17,067 nt of DNA from Pseudobacteriovorax sp. (GTDB taxonomy: Bacteria; Bdellovibrionota_B; Oligoflexia; Oligoflexales; Oligoflexaceae), in the NCBI GenBank assembly GCA_050293845.1, contig JBNKNM010000114.1, positions 1 to 17,067 of the forward strand. Direction: 5' to 3'. The notes beneath the pieces are model-generated. The model ran no database searches. It was not told the DNA's origin and saw nothing but the letters and a program-made list of their open reading frames with translations. The translations under genes were made by a program, and so were the position numbers. Positions 16,226 through 17,067 of the stretch are shown piece by piece (position 1 is the first letter of the stretch; the number at the start of each line of letters is the position of its first letter).

Positions 16226-17067
16226 CTAGCTAGATAGTTTTAAAGATTCGGCTTGATGCATCGGAATTCTAATTCTTATCTCGAATGCCCAAAAACCAGT
16301 AGACTTTTCATCACCTAAAAAAACATTCACATCTCCACCCAGCTCCATAACATAAGCCCTTACGGCATCCATTCCTATACCCCTTCCTGATATATCGCTG
16401 ACTGCTTCTGAGCTGGAGATATGAGTTTGAAAAATAAGATCAGCCACCAAATCTTCATCCATATTATCGATAATGCCAAGGCGATTTTGTGCAACTTCTC
16501 TTAGTTTAGTGATGTTTAGCCCCTTTCCCGAATCAGAATACCTGATAATTCTTTCATAATCGGTTTCAGTTACATCAATATATATCTCTCCATGCTGTTC
16601 CTGACTGAAACCATGATCCAAACTATTACGAATCAAGTGTACAAAAATGTTTTCGTATGTATCTGAAATGAGGTTATCAAGAATAAAATCATCTCCTGAA
16701 AAAATGAGTTTTGGAGTTTTTTTTCCAAGCTGCTTTGCAATTGACGTAAATGACCCCACTAAGGGAGCGAGTATATTTTGAAAACTCGAACTAGTTAATT
16801 CAATCACCCTAGTAGTCAAAGTAGCCGCTAAATCGCGATCAGGATATATACTATAGAATTCGCTTTTACAAAAATCCTGCATAAAATAGCTAACATCTTG
16901 CAAAGCAACTTCCATTTTAGCCAAGGTAGATCGATTTAAAATTTTATCATTTATGTATTCATATTCTCTAATAGTATCATAGTATTCACTAACCTCATGC
17001 CGAACATATTCAACCTTTCCTCTGCTGAGTTCCAGTTTATCAATAGACAACAACTTATTTTCTAACT
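16226..17067 (-). CDS. CheA-like histidine kinase, C-terminal HATPase part (5'-truncated by window edge), no CheW domain
   Basis: N box FVHLIRNSLDHG, G1 box YSDSGKGLN, F box LIFQTHISS, G2 box VSDISGRGIGMDAVR, then ELGGDV. The frame stays open past TTG 17053 to the window end, so the true start lies outside the window. Confidence 0.88.
   Translation of the reverse strand, partial: LENKLLSIDKLELSRGKVEYVRHEVSEYYDTIREYEYINDKILNRSTLAKMEVALQDVSYFMQDFCKSEFYSIYPDRDLAATLTTRVIELTSSSFQNILAPLVGSFTSIAKQLGKKTPKLIFSGDDFILDNLISDTYENIFVHLIRNSLDHGFSQEQHGEIYIDVTETDYERIIRYSDSGKGLNITKLREVAQNRLGIIDNMDEDLVADLIFQTHISSSEAVSDISGRGIGMDAVRAYVMELGGDVNVFLGDEKSTGFWAFEIRIRIPMHQAESLKLSS

Noticed and set aside
1..17067. CRISPR array, rRNA, tRNA, riboswitch, intact mobile element or defence system
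   Set aside because: No regularly spaced repeats, RNA-gene signatures, intact transposase/integrase or recognisable defence domains were seen by eye. A covariance-model scan of the intergenic regions would be needed to exclude structured RNAs.

Overview
This is a bacterial window with four blocks. (1) 1-2292, minus strand: a TolC-family outer-membrane factor followed by an RND membrane-fusion lipoprotein. The lipoprotein runs off the left edge and is missing from the ORF track. (2) 2764-7788, plus strand: a complete urease operon in ureDABCEFG order, preceded by an unannotated 47-aa His-rich membrane microprotein and closed by a hairpin terminator. UreE has almost no His tail, and the best ribosome-binding site for ureF points at an ATA codon. 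(3) 8176-13570, plus strand: an AT-rich six-gene operon encoding a CDP-alcohol phosphotransferase, a stand-alone RibD-type reductase, an MDR dehydrogenase lacking its Zn ligands, a PTPS/QueD-fold protein lacking the catalytic Cys, a GT4 glycosyltransferase and a membrane-anchored LtaS/sulfatase-fold protein. This looks like an uncharacterised pathway linking pterin/riboflavin-intermediate chemistry to a lipid or cell-envelope modification, and it is the most interesting system here. (4) 13607-17067, minus strand: a lipoprotein with a circularly permuted discoidin-like domain and a helical-repeat protein behind a sigma-28-like promoter, a decayed IS3-family orfA scar, and the 3' part of a CheA-like kinase lacking the CheW domain. 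The host is Gram-negative; the CheW-less CheA-like kinase and the lipoprotein style suggest Bdellovibrionota/Oligoflexia, but that is inference only. All family calls come from reading motifs by eye; no database searches were run.
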